From the IMG/VR virus record IMGVR_UViG_3300045988_058293, positions 1 through 38,254 of that record: a stretch of 38,254 bases of DNA, one strand, 5' to 3'. Source of the DNA: a virus. Under the pieces are notes generated by a model. That model saw only the letters and a program-made list of their open reading frames with translations, was not told the DNA's origin and made no database searches. The position numbers and the translations under genes are program-made. Positions 14,053-22,947 of this stretch are shown here, piece after piece (positions within the stretch are counted from its first letter, which is position 1; each line of letters starts with the position of its first letter).

Positions 14053-14434
14053 CACCAGACCACAGCGGAAGACGCTTACAAAATTATGCCCGTATTGCGG
14101 AAAAACTCGAACGTATACATACCGAGATGGATACGATGAAGTGGATTACGGCACCGGACGCAGCCGGTACATACCGTCAAAAACCGAAGATGATGGCTGT
14201 GATTGCATGTTTGGTAAGCTAAACCACACCGCCGGAAAAATCCAGATTAAGAAGCAGTGCGCTAACTGCGCATGGAATGAAAATGGAAATTGCACAAATA
14301 AGCAGGAGCGAATCGACGTTTCAGAGATGTTTGGAATAACCGGTGATCTGGTTATTAAAAATGAATCGAAGTGTTGCAAGCATTACGAATTATCGAAAAA
14401 TATTTTCGATGTCCTGATTGAGTTGAAAAATTAA
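14045..14434 (+). CDS. Cys-rich hypothetical protein (129 aa)
   Basis: ATG at 14045 after the aaagggga RBS. CPYCG...CDC...CANC...C motifs. Confidence 0.6.
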   Translation: MYSTRPQRKTLTKLCPYCGKTRTYTYRDGYDEVDYGTGRSRYIPSKTEDDGCDCMFGKLNHTAGKIQIKKQCANCAWNENGNCTNKQERIDVSEMFGITGDLVIKNESKCCKHYELSKNIFDVLIELKN

Positions 14435-14468
14435 TGTTACCGGTGCTGCCGGAGGAAAGGGAAAAAAT

Positions 14469-14711
14469 ATGGAGTGTGCAAGGTGTGATTATTACAAGGC
14501 GCATAACTGTAAACATCAGTGTATGCAGCTCCCAGAGGAAAAGACCTGTGCGGATTGTGCACATATAGAACGGTGTATGATGATGTTTCATGGAAACCCA
14601 GAGAATACGATGTGTGGGTGGGAGCCGATCAGATTTAAGGAAATCCCGTGTTCCTGGAATGATAGGCAGAAAAGAGGCTGTGAAGAATGGTGTGGATTGC
14701 CATTCTGTTAA
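14469..14711 (+). CDS. Cys-rich hypothetical protein (80 aa)
   Basis: ggaggaaaggg RBS. 15 Cys residues in 80 aa. Confidence 0.6.
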   Translation: MECARCDYYKAHNCKHQCMQLPEEKTCADCAHIERCMMMFHGNPENTMCGWEPIRFKEIPCSWNDRQKRGCEEWCGLPFC

Positions 14712-14750
14712 TTTTAAGAATTTCCGGAAGGACCGGAGAAAGGGTTAATC

Positions 14751-14930
14751 ATGAGAATAAAAATCATAACACATGTACCCACGATTCCAAGTCCAGTAAT
14801 AGGGCAGGAATATGAGGTTGTAAGAATCAAAGAGCGGAGTAACCGAGACGGCGGAAATGTCCACTTTGTGATGTGCGAAGGAGAAGAGGTAGGGGTATTG
14901 ACCCGTGAAATGATCGTTGTAGAAAATTGA
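14751..14930 (+). CDS. Small hypothetical protein (59 aa)
   Basis: Below the track cutoff. ggagaaaggg RBS. Confidence 0.5.
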   Translation: MRIKIITHVPTIPSPVIGQEYEVVRIKERSNRDGGNVHFVMCEGEEVGVLTREMIVVEN

Positions 14931-14956
14931 TAATTTAATTAAGAGGAGAGGTGGAA

Positions 14957-15160
14957 GTGTTAGCGAAAGAATTGGCAGATATACTTATGAGAAATCCCGA
15001 TATGAAAGTGGAAACAACAGTTCATATACTGGTCCCAGAGAAAGAATTAGAACAGAGAGGATATAAATATCCTTGGGATAATTGGAATGTGGAACTGAAC
15101 ATGAATGATATTGGATATTCTGATAAGGTTATATTATTAGGGTGCAACATTGAAAATTAG
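14957..15160 (+). CDS. Small hypothetical protein (67 aa)
   Basis: GTG at 14957, 6 nt after gaggagagg (the track start at 14951 abuts the RBS). Confidence 0.5.
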   Translation: MLAKELADILMRNPDMKVETTVHILVPEKELEQRGYKYPWDNWNVELNMNDIGYSDKVILLGCNIEN

Positions 15161-15191
15161 TTTAACTTAATGTTTTCGGAAGGAATTCTAT

Positions 15192-15347
15192 ATGGCAAGG
15201 TACAAGATAACGGCCATCGTGGAGTCAGATGATGACTATACAGATGGAGAACAGATAGAGGAATTAAGATCAGATATCTCTATGCTGATTGCAGATTATA
15301 ACTGCTTTTGTAGGATTGGTGATATCAAGATACAAGAGATAAGTTAG
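15192..15347 (+). CDS. Small acidic hypothetical protein (51 aa)
   Basis: Below the track cutoff. ggaagga RBS. Confidence 0.4.
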   Translation: MARYKITAIVESDDDYTDGEQIEELRSDISMLIADYNCFCRIGDIKIQEIS

Positions 15348-15365
15348 TATTTAGAGGAGGAAGAC

Positions 15366-15530
15366 ATGGACGAGTTAGATATGCTAAGAAGTGAGAATGA
15401 GGCATTGCGGATGCGTCTGGCCGAGATACGTGAGCGTGTGAATGGTATGGAGCTTCCACACGAATATCATATACTGTATACGCGCGGCTGGCATGACGCA
15501 GTAGAAGAGGTCAGGAGGTATATTGAGTGA
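15366..15530 (+). CDS. Small hypothetical protein (54 aa)
   Basis: Below the track cutoff. agaggaggaag RBS. Confidence 0.5.
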   Translation: MDELDMLRSENEALRMRLAEIRERVNGMELPHEYHILYTRGWHDAVEEVRRYIE

Positions 15531-15817
15531 AACGTCAAGAAATCCCGAAAGGGTACATAAGCCAGAAAGAAATACAGGCGGCGCAGCGATATTACAGGAT
15601 CGGACGCACGGTAATGGTACATACCTTTAAGGCCCAGGGAATCGACTCCATGGGACATACTGGAGAGATGCACCGCGGCAAGATAGTGGAGCATTATAAG
15701 CACTTTGCATTGGTGCGGTTGCCGGGCGGCGTGCTGGATAGCGTGCTATGGCCTGATCTGGTGTTACAGATGCAGCAACGGAAGAGAAATAATCCGGGGA
15801 GTAATCCCCGGAAATAA
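15527..15817 (+). CDS. Hypothetical protein (96 aa)
   Basis: GTGA overlap with the previous gene. caggagg RBS 8 nt upstream. Confidence 0.55.
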   Translation: MKRQEIPKGYISQKEIQAAQRYYRIGRTVMVHTFKAQGIDSMGHTGEMHRGKIVEHYKHFALVRLPGGVLDSVLWPDLVLQMQQRKRNNPGSNPRK

Positions 15818-15970
15818 AAAACTTGAGAAGAGAACATATGATCGAAAAAAAGAAAAAGCGGTGGATATCCGGGAAGATATGCGCCACCGCTTAGCTATTG
15901 CCTGAGTATATTATAACCGACTCAGGCAGGTAAATGCAATGGAAAATCATACCATGAGGAGGATTATAAT

Positions 15971-17062
15971 ATGCAGACAGCGATTAATACAGACAATTTT
16001 GTTATGACGGTAATGGAAACATTGATGGCAAGTATGGACATGTGGGCGGAGCAGGAGCGGTTGAATCAGGTGAAAGCGGCATTATATATGAATCTGATGG
16101 ACAAGACGATCTTAGCAGACGATTACGCCGGCAGGCAGCTTCCGACGGAGTATATTGACGACACACCGCGCGTAGTGGATATGTGGCTGAGATGTATGCA
16201 GCTTGAAAAGCGGACCGCAGGCACAATTGAAAATTACCGTGGAGAACTCAGAAACTTTTTTGAGTGGTGCAGAAAGCATTATGCGGATATCACAACCAAC
16301 GACGTAAGGGCGTACCTGTCCTGGAGGCAGATCGTTAAACATAACAGCGATACGACAATCAATAATAAGTATCACGCCTTGCAATCATTTTACCGGTGGA
16401 TCATGTCAGAGGATTTGATCGAGGACGGCGGCAGCTTAGCGCGGAAGCCGAAGAAAAACCCGATGGACAAGATCAACAAAGTCAAAACCGAAAAGAAGAT
16501 GCGCACAGTACTAACAGACGAGCAGGCGGAGATAATCCGGTGTGATTGCCAGACGGTACGAGATAGGGCGGTCGTGGAGGTCCTTATCGCGACTGGAATG
16601 CGTGTGAGTGAGCTTGTAGGGCTTGACCTTAATGATATTGATATCAGGGCCGGGAAATGCATCATATACGGCAAGGGGCGCAAGGAACGGCCGGCGTTCT
16701 TCACACCGCGGGCACTGGTACACCTGGAGGAGTATCTGGCAGAGCGCAGGCAGATCACGGATTGCGATCCGGCGTTGTTCCTTAATTTCCGGCGTAAGGG
16801 CGGGATATATACGCGGCTGAGTGATGATAGTATCCGGCATATGCTTAACGCGATTGTGGAGTCTGACAAGCGGCTGACTGGGCTTAATCTCCACCCGCAT
16901 ATGTTCCGGGCATACCTTGCGACATATATGTCCAGGCATGGCGCGTCCATTAAGGATATCCAGCGTATTCTCGGCCATAGCAATATTAATACGACGTCTG
17001 AGTGTTATATCATCGACGACGACGAATCGATGAAACAGGTACATGAGTTATTCGCGGCATAG
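15971..17062 (+). CDS. Second tyrosine recombinase (XerC/D-like, Rci/RecV-like candidate DNA invertase)
   Basis: Complete catalytic set: ATGMRVSEL (R), GKGRKER (K), HPHMFRAYLAT (H-x-x-R), LGHSNINTTSECY (H, Y). Not next to attP. Lies between the early and late genes. Confidence 0.9.
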   Translation: MQTAINTDNFVMTVMETLMASMDMWAEQERLNQVKAALYMNLMDKTILADDYAGRQLPTEYIDDTPRVVDMWLRCMQLEKRTAGTIENYRGELRNFFEWCRKHYADITTNDVRAYLSWRQIVKHNSDTTINNKYHALQSFYRWIMSEDLIEDGGSLARKPKKNPMDKINKVKTEKKMRTVLTDEQAEIIRCDCQTVRDRAVVEVLIATGMRVSELVGLDLNDIDIRAGKCIIYGKGRKERPAFFTPRALVHLEEYLAERRQITDCDPALFLNFRRKGGIYTRLSDDSIRHMLNAIVESDKRLTGLNLHPHMFRAYLATYMSRHGASIKDIQRILGHSNINTTSECYIIDDDESMKQVHELFAA

Positions 17063-17068
17063 GAGGTA

Positions 17069-17521
17069 ATGATGGATAAGAGCATATTACGGCAGTGTGC
17101 AAGCCTTCTCACGGAAATAGAGGGAGAAGAAAAAAGAATACAGGATTTAGAATCCGAAATACAGGCAATGCCACCCAGGCACAGAGAGGTAAGCGACGTT
17201 GTCACAAAAGGTAAACGAGGGAGGAAACCTCTGGGGAGGTGTGTTATTCACGGAAATAAAGATAATACACTCATTAATCGGAAGCGAGTTAAAGTACGCG
17301 AAAGAAAGGCAAAAAAAGAATTGCATGTGGCCGAACTCGACAGCATGGTGATAGATGCGGAGGAATACATATACTCTCTTCAGGATAGTGAATTGAGGAA
17401 TATATTATTATTTTATTGCATCGACCGGAAAAGCTGGAAAGAGGTAGCTGACGCCATGGGAGAAGGATACACGGCAGAAACTTGCAGACAAAAATTTTCA
17501 AGATTTATGCGTGAAAAGTAA
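17069..17521 (+). CDS. Putative late-gene regulator with a sigma-70 region-4-like HTH
   Basis: The C-terminal DSELRNILLFYCIDRKSWKEVADAMGEGYTAETCRQKFSRFMR resembles region 4 / DUF1492-type phage activators. Lies immediately upstream of the late promoter and terS. Confidence 0.55.
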   Translation: MMDKSILRQCASLLTEIEGEEKRIQDLESEIQAMPPRHREVSDVVTKGKRGRKPLGRCVIHGNKDNTLINRKRVKVRERKAKKELHVAELDSMVIDAEEYIYSLQDSELRNILLFYCIDRKSWKEVADAMGEGYTAETCRQKFSRFMREK

Positions 17522-17563
17522 ATTGTCACGTTTGTCACACCCAAATGTGCTATAATTTAAAAT
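17520..17563 (+). promoter_or_regulatory. Conserved late promoter element, copy 1
   Basis: AAATTGTCACGTTTGTCACACCCAAATGTGCTATAATTTAAAAT. Tandem TTGTCAC x2 plus an extended -10 (TGcTATAAT). 40/44 identical to 34421-34464. Confidence 0.6.
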
Positions 17564-17683
17564 GAGAAAAGTGTATCAATAAAACACAACCCTGACACGC
17601 TTTTTCGGCAAGGTCTAAAAGTACACCCTTAATAGACCTTTCAAAAACAATAAGGGCAATACCGGAGACGATCCGGTATATGT

Positions 17684-17752
17684 GGAGCATACCATCAATG
17701 GCAGATGGACAGGGTAGTGTCCTGGGTTCCGGTTCGATTCCGTGGTGTTCCG
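17684..17752 (+). ncRNA. tRNA-like cloverleaf inside the late leader (degenerate; not a confident tRNA)
   Basis: GGAGCAT/GTGTTCC acceptor (2 G-U pairs), CATC/GATG D-stem with a GG loop, TTCGATT T-loop. However the variable loop is 2 nt, both the T-stem and the anticodon stem are mismatched, the anticodon would be AGT, and there is no CCA. Confidence 0.3.
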
Positions 17753-17783
17753 CTTCATTCTTCATAATCTGTTTCTCCTTGTA

Positions 17784-17819
17784 AAAGGCATCCGGCGGAA
17801 AACGGGTGCCTTTATTTTA
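17784..17819 (+). terminator. Intrinsic terminator between the late promoter and terS
   Basis: AAAGGCATCCG-GCGGAAAA-CGGGTGCCTTT followed by ATTTT. Confidence 0.7.
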
Positions 17820-17838
17820 CGCGAATAGAGGTGATGCT

Positions 17839-18747
17839 ATGGCAAGAGCGCCAGATCAGAGAGTACAGCAGGCAGAAGCAATGTTTCTCACTGGAAAGAA
17901 ATTAGTGGAGATTGCGAACGAACTAAATCTACCAGAGGGAACGGTACGGCGCTGGAAATCAACATATAAATGGGTAAGCGAACGTTCGGAAAACAATAGC
18001 GAGCGTTCGGAAAAGAAAGTGAACGCTCGGAAAGAGAAAAAGAAAGCTGTTGCTGAAGAGGTGATGCAGGTAATAGAAAATCCTGTCCTTACCGATAAGC
18101 AGCGGCTTTTCTGCATCCGGTATGTGAGATGCTTTAATGCGACAAAATCGTACCAGAAGGCGTATGGAAGCAGTTATGAGACCGCAATGGTGGAGGGCTG
18201 CAAACTACTAAGAAATCCAAAGGTCAGGGACGAAATCACCCGACTGAAGCAGAACCGGATGAACCGCGAGATGCTGGACGAACACGATATTTTCCAGAAG
18301 TACATGGACATTGCCTTTTCGGATATTACCGACTATGTGGATTTTGGCCGGGAAGAGGTCCAGGTAATGGGAGCGTTCGGGCCGGTACAAGTAGATGATC
18401 CGAACGGTGATGGTAAAATACCGCTCATGAAAACAATCAACAGTGTTCGCTTCCGTGAATCCGATGCCGTAGACGGTACTCTTATTACTGAGGTCAAGCA
18501 GGGCAAGGACGGTGCCAGTATAAAACTGGCGGACCGTATGAAGGCGCTGGAGTGGATCGCGGATCATATGGAACTGGCAACACCGGAGCAGCGGGCGCGG
18601 ATCGATCACATAAAGGCTCAGACCGGGAAGATTATGAGAGATAACGCAGGCGGAGATAACGACGATGGCGTGGAGGTGATAAACGATGCCCCGGAAGCAG
18701 ATCAGGATATCAGAGATAATCATACCAAAGTATCTATCACTGTTTAA
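17839..18747 (+). CDS. terS: Terminase small subunit
   Basis: ATG at 17839 after the agaggtga RBS (the track start lies inside the terminator). HTH LVEIANELNLPEGTVRRWKS and LTDKQRLFCIRYVRCFNATKSYQKAYG (Terminase_2-like). Confidence 0.85.
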   Translation: MARAPDQRVQQAEAMFLTGKKLVEIANELNLPEGTVRRWKSTYKWVSERSENNSERSEKKVNARKEKKKAVAEEVMQVIENPVLTDKQRLFCIRYVRCFNATKSYQKAYGSSYETAMVEGCKLLRNPKVRDEITRLKQNRMNREMLDEHDIFQKYMDIAFSDITDYVDFGREEVQVMGAFGPVQVDDPNGDGKIPLMKTINSVRFRESDAVDGTLITEVKQGKDGASIKLADRMKALEWIADHMELATPEQRARIDHIKAQTGKIMRDNAGGDNDDGVEVINDAPEADQDIRDNHTKVSITV

Positions 18748-20068
18748 CGATAAGACACACCGCCATATCATTTTAACATCTGGTAGAGCTGGTACGAAAT
18801 CTAGCTACGCGGCGGTGAGAAGTGATTTTCAATTAATTAATGATCCTGGCGGCTCCGTGGTTGTGCTGAGAAAACACCACAACAAATTACGCAAGACGGT
18901 ATATAAGGAGATGCTGAGAGGCATTAACCGCCTGGGGATTGATAAGAAGGCATTTCGCGTCGGAATATCTCCAATGGAAATATCATACCGGAAATATGGT
19001 ACTACTATGTATTTCGCCGGTTCTGACGGAATCGACGATACGAAAGGAATTATTGACGAAAACAAGCCGATTAAGCTTGTAGTTCTCGATGAGCTTACCG
19101 AGTTCTTTGATGATGGTGAGGGAGAAGACGAATTGCAAAATATCGAGGCTACGTTTATCCGTGGGAACAGCAGCGGTTTCCAAATGATATACCTATACAA
19201 TCCGCCGAAGAATCCGAACGCGCTCATTAACAAGTGGTGCAGGAAAATGGAAAAGCGGTCGGACTGTATCCATATTCATACAGATTATAGAGACGTGCCG
19301 GAGGGCTGGTTGGGAAAAGACCTTATAGAGTCAGCGGAGATCATGAAGGCCGCTGATGAACGTCAATATCGGTGGGTATGGCTGGGACAGAGTATAGGTG
19401 TAGATGAAGCAATCTATTATATGTTTTCTGACAAGCACAAAGAGAAGCCGGAAAAAAAGCGGTATCGGGTTATCGGGATCGGAGTAGACTACGGGCAGCA
19501 GAACGCGACCGTATACGAGGCCGCCGGGGTTGATGAGTACGAAAAACGGTTAAAGGGGATTGCGGAGTATTATTACTCTGGAAGAGAGACAGGAAAGCAG
19601 AAAAGCCCGTCTGACTATGCAAGAGATTTTATTGTTTTTACGGATAGACTGCATGAAGAATATGAATGCAGTTATTTTTATGTGTTTATTGATCCGTCAG
19701 CAAAAGGATTATCCGAAGAGATCAAAAGAGCGGCACGTGATTGCGATTATACTGTACTGATCCGTGACGCTGATAATGACGTGGAACTTGGAATATCAAG
19801 AGTACAAAAGTTATTAACATACGAGATCATGACAGTATCCCCATTGCAGGAAAAGGCAGTGGAGGAATTCGGGACCTATGAATACGATAAGAAATCCATT
19901 GAACGCGGGAAAGAAGTTCCTGTGAAGGTGGATGACCACTGCATGGACGCAATCCGATATCTCGTTATGGGATTTTGGAAGAAAATAAAACACTGGCTGC
20001 CGGTAAAAGAATACGAAAAGGAATACCGGAACCCGATTGATGAGGAGGTGGAAGATGAATATATTTAG
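18686..20068 (+). CDS. terL: Terminase large subunit (PBSX-like)
   Basis: Deviant Walker A ILTSGRAGTKSS, Walker B KLVVLDELTEF and nuclease motif DDHCMDAIRYLV. Confidence 0.9.
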   Translation: MPRKQIRISEIIIPKYLSLFNDKTHRHIILTSGRAGTKSSYAAVRSDFQLINDPGGSVVVLRKHHNKLRKTVYKEMLRGINRLGIDKKAFRVGISPMEISYRKYGTTMYFAGSDGIDDTKGIIDENKPIKLVVLDELTEFFDDGEGEDELQNIEATFIRGNSSGFQMIYLYNPPKNPNALINKWCRKMEKRSDCIHIHTDYRDVPEGWLGKDLIESAEIMKAADERQYRWVWLGQSIGVDEAIYYMFSDKHKEKPEKKRYRVIGIGVDYGQQNATVYEAAGVDEYEKRLKGIAEYYYSGRETGKQKSPSDYARDFIVFTDRLHEEYECSYFYVFIDPSAKGLSEEIKRAARDCDYTVLIRDADNDVELGISRVQKLLTYEIMTVSPLQEKAVEEFGTYEYDKKSIERGKEVPVKVDDHCMDAIRYLVMGFWKKIKHWLPVKEYEKEYRNPIDEEVEDEYI

Positions 20069-21485
20069 CTATTTCAAAAAGAAGGGAATTGATACAGTTG
20101 ACAGTTCCTTTTACGCAAAAGTTACGGAATGGTATAGCTGGTACAGAAGCAATGTTCGTAAGTTCCACTTCTACCGGATATACGGCGGACAGGGGACATG
20201 GACAAAGTGCCACCGCCATAGCCTCGGAATGCCAAAAAAGGTATGCGAGGACATGGCAAATCTGTTACTTAATGAGCGGGTGAAAGTAACACTATCCGAT
20301 GAGACAACAAACACGTTCGTTAAAGACGTGCTGCAAAAAAATGATTTCTGGAATCTCGGCAACGAATACCAGGAACGTAAATCCGCTACCGGAACAGTAG
20401 CGTATATTCCATATCTCGACAACATGGACGTTGACGATGCCGGGAACGTGAATGGGGGAGAAATAAGAATCAACTATCTGGAAGCACAGAACATTTTTCC
20501 GTTATCATGGAATAACCGGGAAATTACGGAATGTGCATTCCTATTCTCTCACACGTACAACCGAAAGAAGTATGTGCAGATTCAATTCCATAGAACAGAA
20601 AAAAACGGAGAAACGGCAGGAAACTATATTATAGAAAATGTGGTGGTTGAATGCACGAATGGAGCCGGTAATGAATTAACACCCGAACAGTGGAATGCAC
20701 TTCCGCCATTTAAGGGACTGGCGGACAGGATAGAAACCGGATTGAAAGAACCACAGTACGTAATTGACCGGCTGAACCTGGTGAACAATGCAGGGGAAGA
20801 CGATAACAACCCGATGGGTATATCACTTCTGGCGAATTCTATTGACGTATTTCGAAAGATAGACTTGGAATATGATTCATATGCGAATGAGTTTGACCTT
20901 GGCCGGAAGAGAATATTTGTAGCGCCGGAAATGCTGGAGGATAAGGCTGGGAATCCAACATTTGACACCGGGGACACAGTATTTTATCGTCTTCCAGAAG
21001 ATTACTTAAAGGACCCCAAAAACCCAATCAAAGAAATAGATATGACTCTACGGGTAGAAGAACACAGCAGGGCCATAAATGACGACCTTAATTATCTGTC
21101 AATGAAGTGCGGATTTGGCACACAGCGCTATCGGTTCGAGCAGGGCGGCGTGACAACGGCCACAGAAGTTATCTCTGAAAACTCCGATATGTACCGGACA
21201 ATACAGAAGCACGAAATTGTCCTTGATGCTGTAATCAAGAGACTGATAAAAATAATCATACGGCTTGGGATCGTGGCGAAAGTTTCAGGACTTTCCGAAG
21301 ATACGGAAATCACAATAGACTTCGACGATTCAATCATTGAAGACAAACAGACAGAACGGAAGGAAGACCGGCAGGATGTAGCTATGGGCGTTATGAGCCT
21401 GGAGGAGTACCGTGCGAAGTGGTACGGGGAAACAGAGGAGCAGGCGAAGAAGAAAATCCCTGAACAGACGGGAGTGATTCCGTAA
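20055..21485 (+). CDS. Portal protein (SPP1 Gp6-like)
   Basis: ATG at 20055 after the gaggaggtgg RBS. 476 aa, immediately after terL. Confidence 0.8.
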   Translation: MNIFSYFKKKGIDTVDSSFYAKVTEWYSWYRSNVRKFHFYRIYGGQGTWTKCHRHSLGMPKKVCEDMANLLLNERVKVTLSDETTNTFVKDVLQKNDFWNLGNEYQERKSATGTVAYIPYLDNMDVDDAGNVNGGEIRINYLEAQNIFPLSWNNREITECAFLFSHTYNRKKYVQIQFHRTEKNGETAGNYIIENVVVECTNGAGNELTPEQWNALPPFKGLADRIETGLKEPQYVIDRLNLVNNAGEDDNNPMGISLLANSIDVFRKIDLEYDSYANEFDLGRKRIFVAPEMLEDKAGNPTFDTGDTVFYRLPEDYLKDPKNPIKEIDMTLRVEEHSRAINDDLNYLSMKCGFGTQRYRFEQGGVTTATEVISENSDMYRTIQKHEIVLDAVIKRLIKIIIRLGIVAKVSGLSEDTEITIDFDDSIIEDKQTERKEDRQDVAMGVMSLEEYRAKWYGETEEQAKKKIPEQTGVIP

Positions 21486-22648
21486 TGAATAAAAGCTATG
21501 ACAGCTATTTGTCTGCGGGAATTGAGAAGCGGTATAGAAATCTTGAAAACCGTATTATGGAGGATGTGATACGCCGGATCAAGAAGGCCGGTACAATTAC
21601 ATCAACCGCAGATTATCAGCTTCTCAGATACTACATACTGGGAAACAGTACAAAGGATATCGAGGATATCATAAAAAAAGCAGTGGGTGACTCTTACCCG
21701 GAAACCTTTGAACTGTATGACGAGGTAATAGAACAGTATTATACGAGGGCAAAACAGCTATATGAGCAGGTGAATGAAAACTTCATTCCATACGACGAAA
21801 ATCAGGAATTACAGCAGCTTACAAAAGCGCTGGTTCAGCAATCCAACGATGAACTTTATAATATCACTCGCTCCTTGGGGTTCAAGGTCGATATGGGAGG
21901 CGGGAGGCTGGTATTCTCGCCACTGGCAGATTATTACAATGAGTATCTTGATAACGCGATTGTGGAAATCACTTCTGGAGCGTTTGATTATAACAGCGTG
22001 ATCCGCAGAGTGGTGCCGCAAATGACAAATTCAGGTTTACGTACCGTCGATTATGCAAGCGGATACACGAGCCGCTGTGATGTAGCAGCCAGAAGAGCAG
22101 TTATGACGGGAATTTCCCAACTTACCGGGAAAATATCCGAAATGAATGCGGAAAAACTGCATACGGACTACTTTGAAATTGACTGGCACGCGGGTGCAAG
22201 ACCAACACACCGGGTATGGCAGGGAAAAGTTTGGAGCCGTGAAGAACTGCGGACTGTATGCGGCCTTGGGACCGTCACCGGTTTAAACGGCGCGAACTGT
22301 TACCATACTTACTATCCATTTGTTCCTGGAGTATCTGAACGTCAATTCAGCGATAAATGGCTTAATGAACAGAACAGGAAGGAAGATAAGCCGAAGCGTT
22401 TTAAAGGCCGGGAATACACGAAATATGAGGCCACACAGAGGCAGAGATATCTTGAAACAAATATGAGGGCACAGCGCGAGAAAGTAAGACTATTACAAAA
22501 GGCCGGCGCAGATGAAGAAACTATAATGCTTGCGAAATGTAAGTATCAGGCGCAGCTTGATGAGTATAAAGCATTTTCCAGTAAAATGGATCTGGTAGAG
22601 CAGCGAGAGAGAATTTACTACGATATGAGGGGGCGTGTAGCTCCTTAA
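21485..22648 (+). CDS. Head morphogenesis / minor head protein (SPP1 gp7 / Mu F-like)
   Basis: IDWHAGARPTHRVWQGKVWS motif. Positioned after the portal gene. Confidence 0.8.
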   Translation: MNKSYDSYLSAGIEKRYRNLENRIMEDVIRRIKKAGTITSTADYQLLRYYILGNSTKDIEDIIKKAVGDSYPETFELYDEVIEQYYTRAKQLYEQVNENFIPYDENQELQQLTKALVQQSNDELYNITRSLGFKVDMGGGRLVFSPLADYYNEYLDNAIVEITSGAFDYNSVIRRVVPQMTNSGLRTVDYASGYTSRCDVAARRAVMTGISQLTGKISEMNAEKLHTDYFEIDWHAGARPTHRVWQGKVWSREELRTVCGLGTVTGLNGANCYHTYYPFVPGVSERQFSDKWLNEQNRKEDKPKRFKGREYTKYEATQRQRYLETNMRAQREKVRLLQKAGADEETIMLAKCKYQAQLDEYKAFSSKMDLVEQRERIYYDMRGRVAP

Positions 22649-22662
22649 GAAAGGAGAAGGAC

Positions 22663-22947
22663 ATGATACAGGTAAGGATCAGAGAGCATGAAATCACCAT
22701 ATCAGGCCATGCCGGGTTTGCTCCGAGAGGTTATGATCTTGTATGTGCTGCGGTATCTGCATTGACATATACGTTGATTGATGCCATAAGAGCCATGGAA
22801 GGAGCTGATATTAATGCAACCGTAGACCGTGGTAACGTGTCGGTCAAATGGCAGCACATGAACGATACAGGCAAGATAATTATTGATTCATGGTTCATTG
22901 GTATTTGCAGTATTAACCGGGAATATGAGTGCATCACATTTATTTAG
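22663..22947 (+). CDS. prp: Prp-like cysteine protease (DUF464, L27-processing protease family)
   Basis: ITISGHAGFAPRGYDLVCAAVSALT matches the His/Cys dyad region of Prp. The neighbouring scaffold, capsid and tape-measure proteins carry NLQxFA-type leaders. Confidence 0.75.
   Translation: MIQVRIREHEITISGHAGFAPRGYDLVCAAVSALTYTLIDAIRAMEGADINATVDRGNVSVKWQHMNDTGKIIIDSWFIGICSINREYECITFI

Noticed and set aside
17550-17765. 71-aa minus-strand ORF in the late leader
   Set aside because: It is antisense to a region made of serial hairpins and a tRNA-like fold. It has no RBS and conflicts with the conserved promoter.
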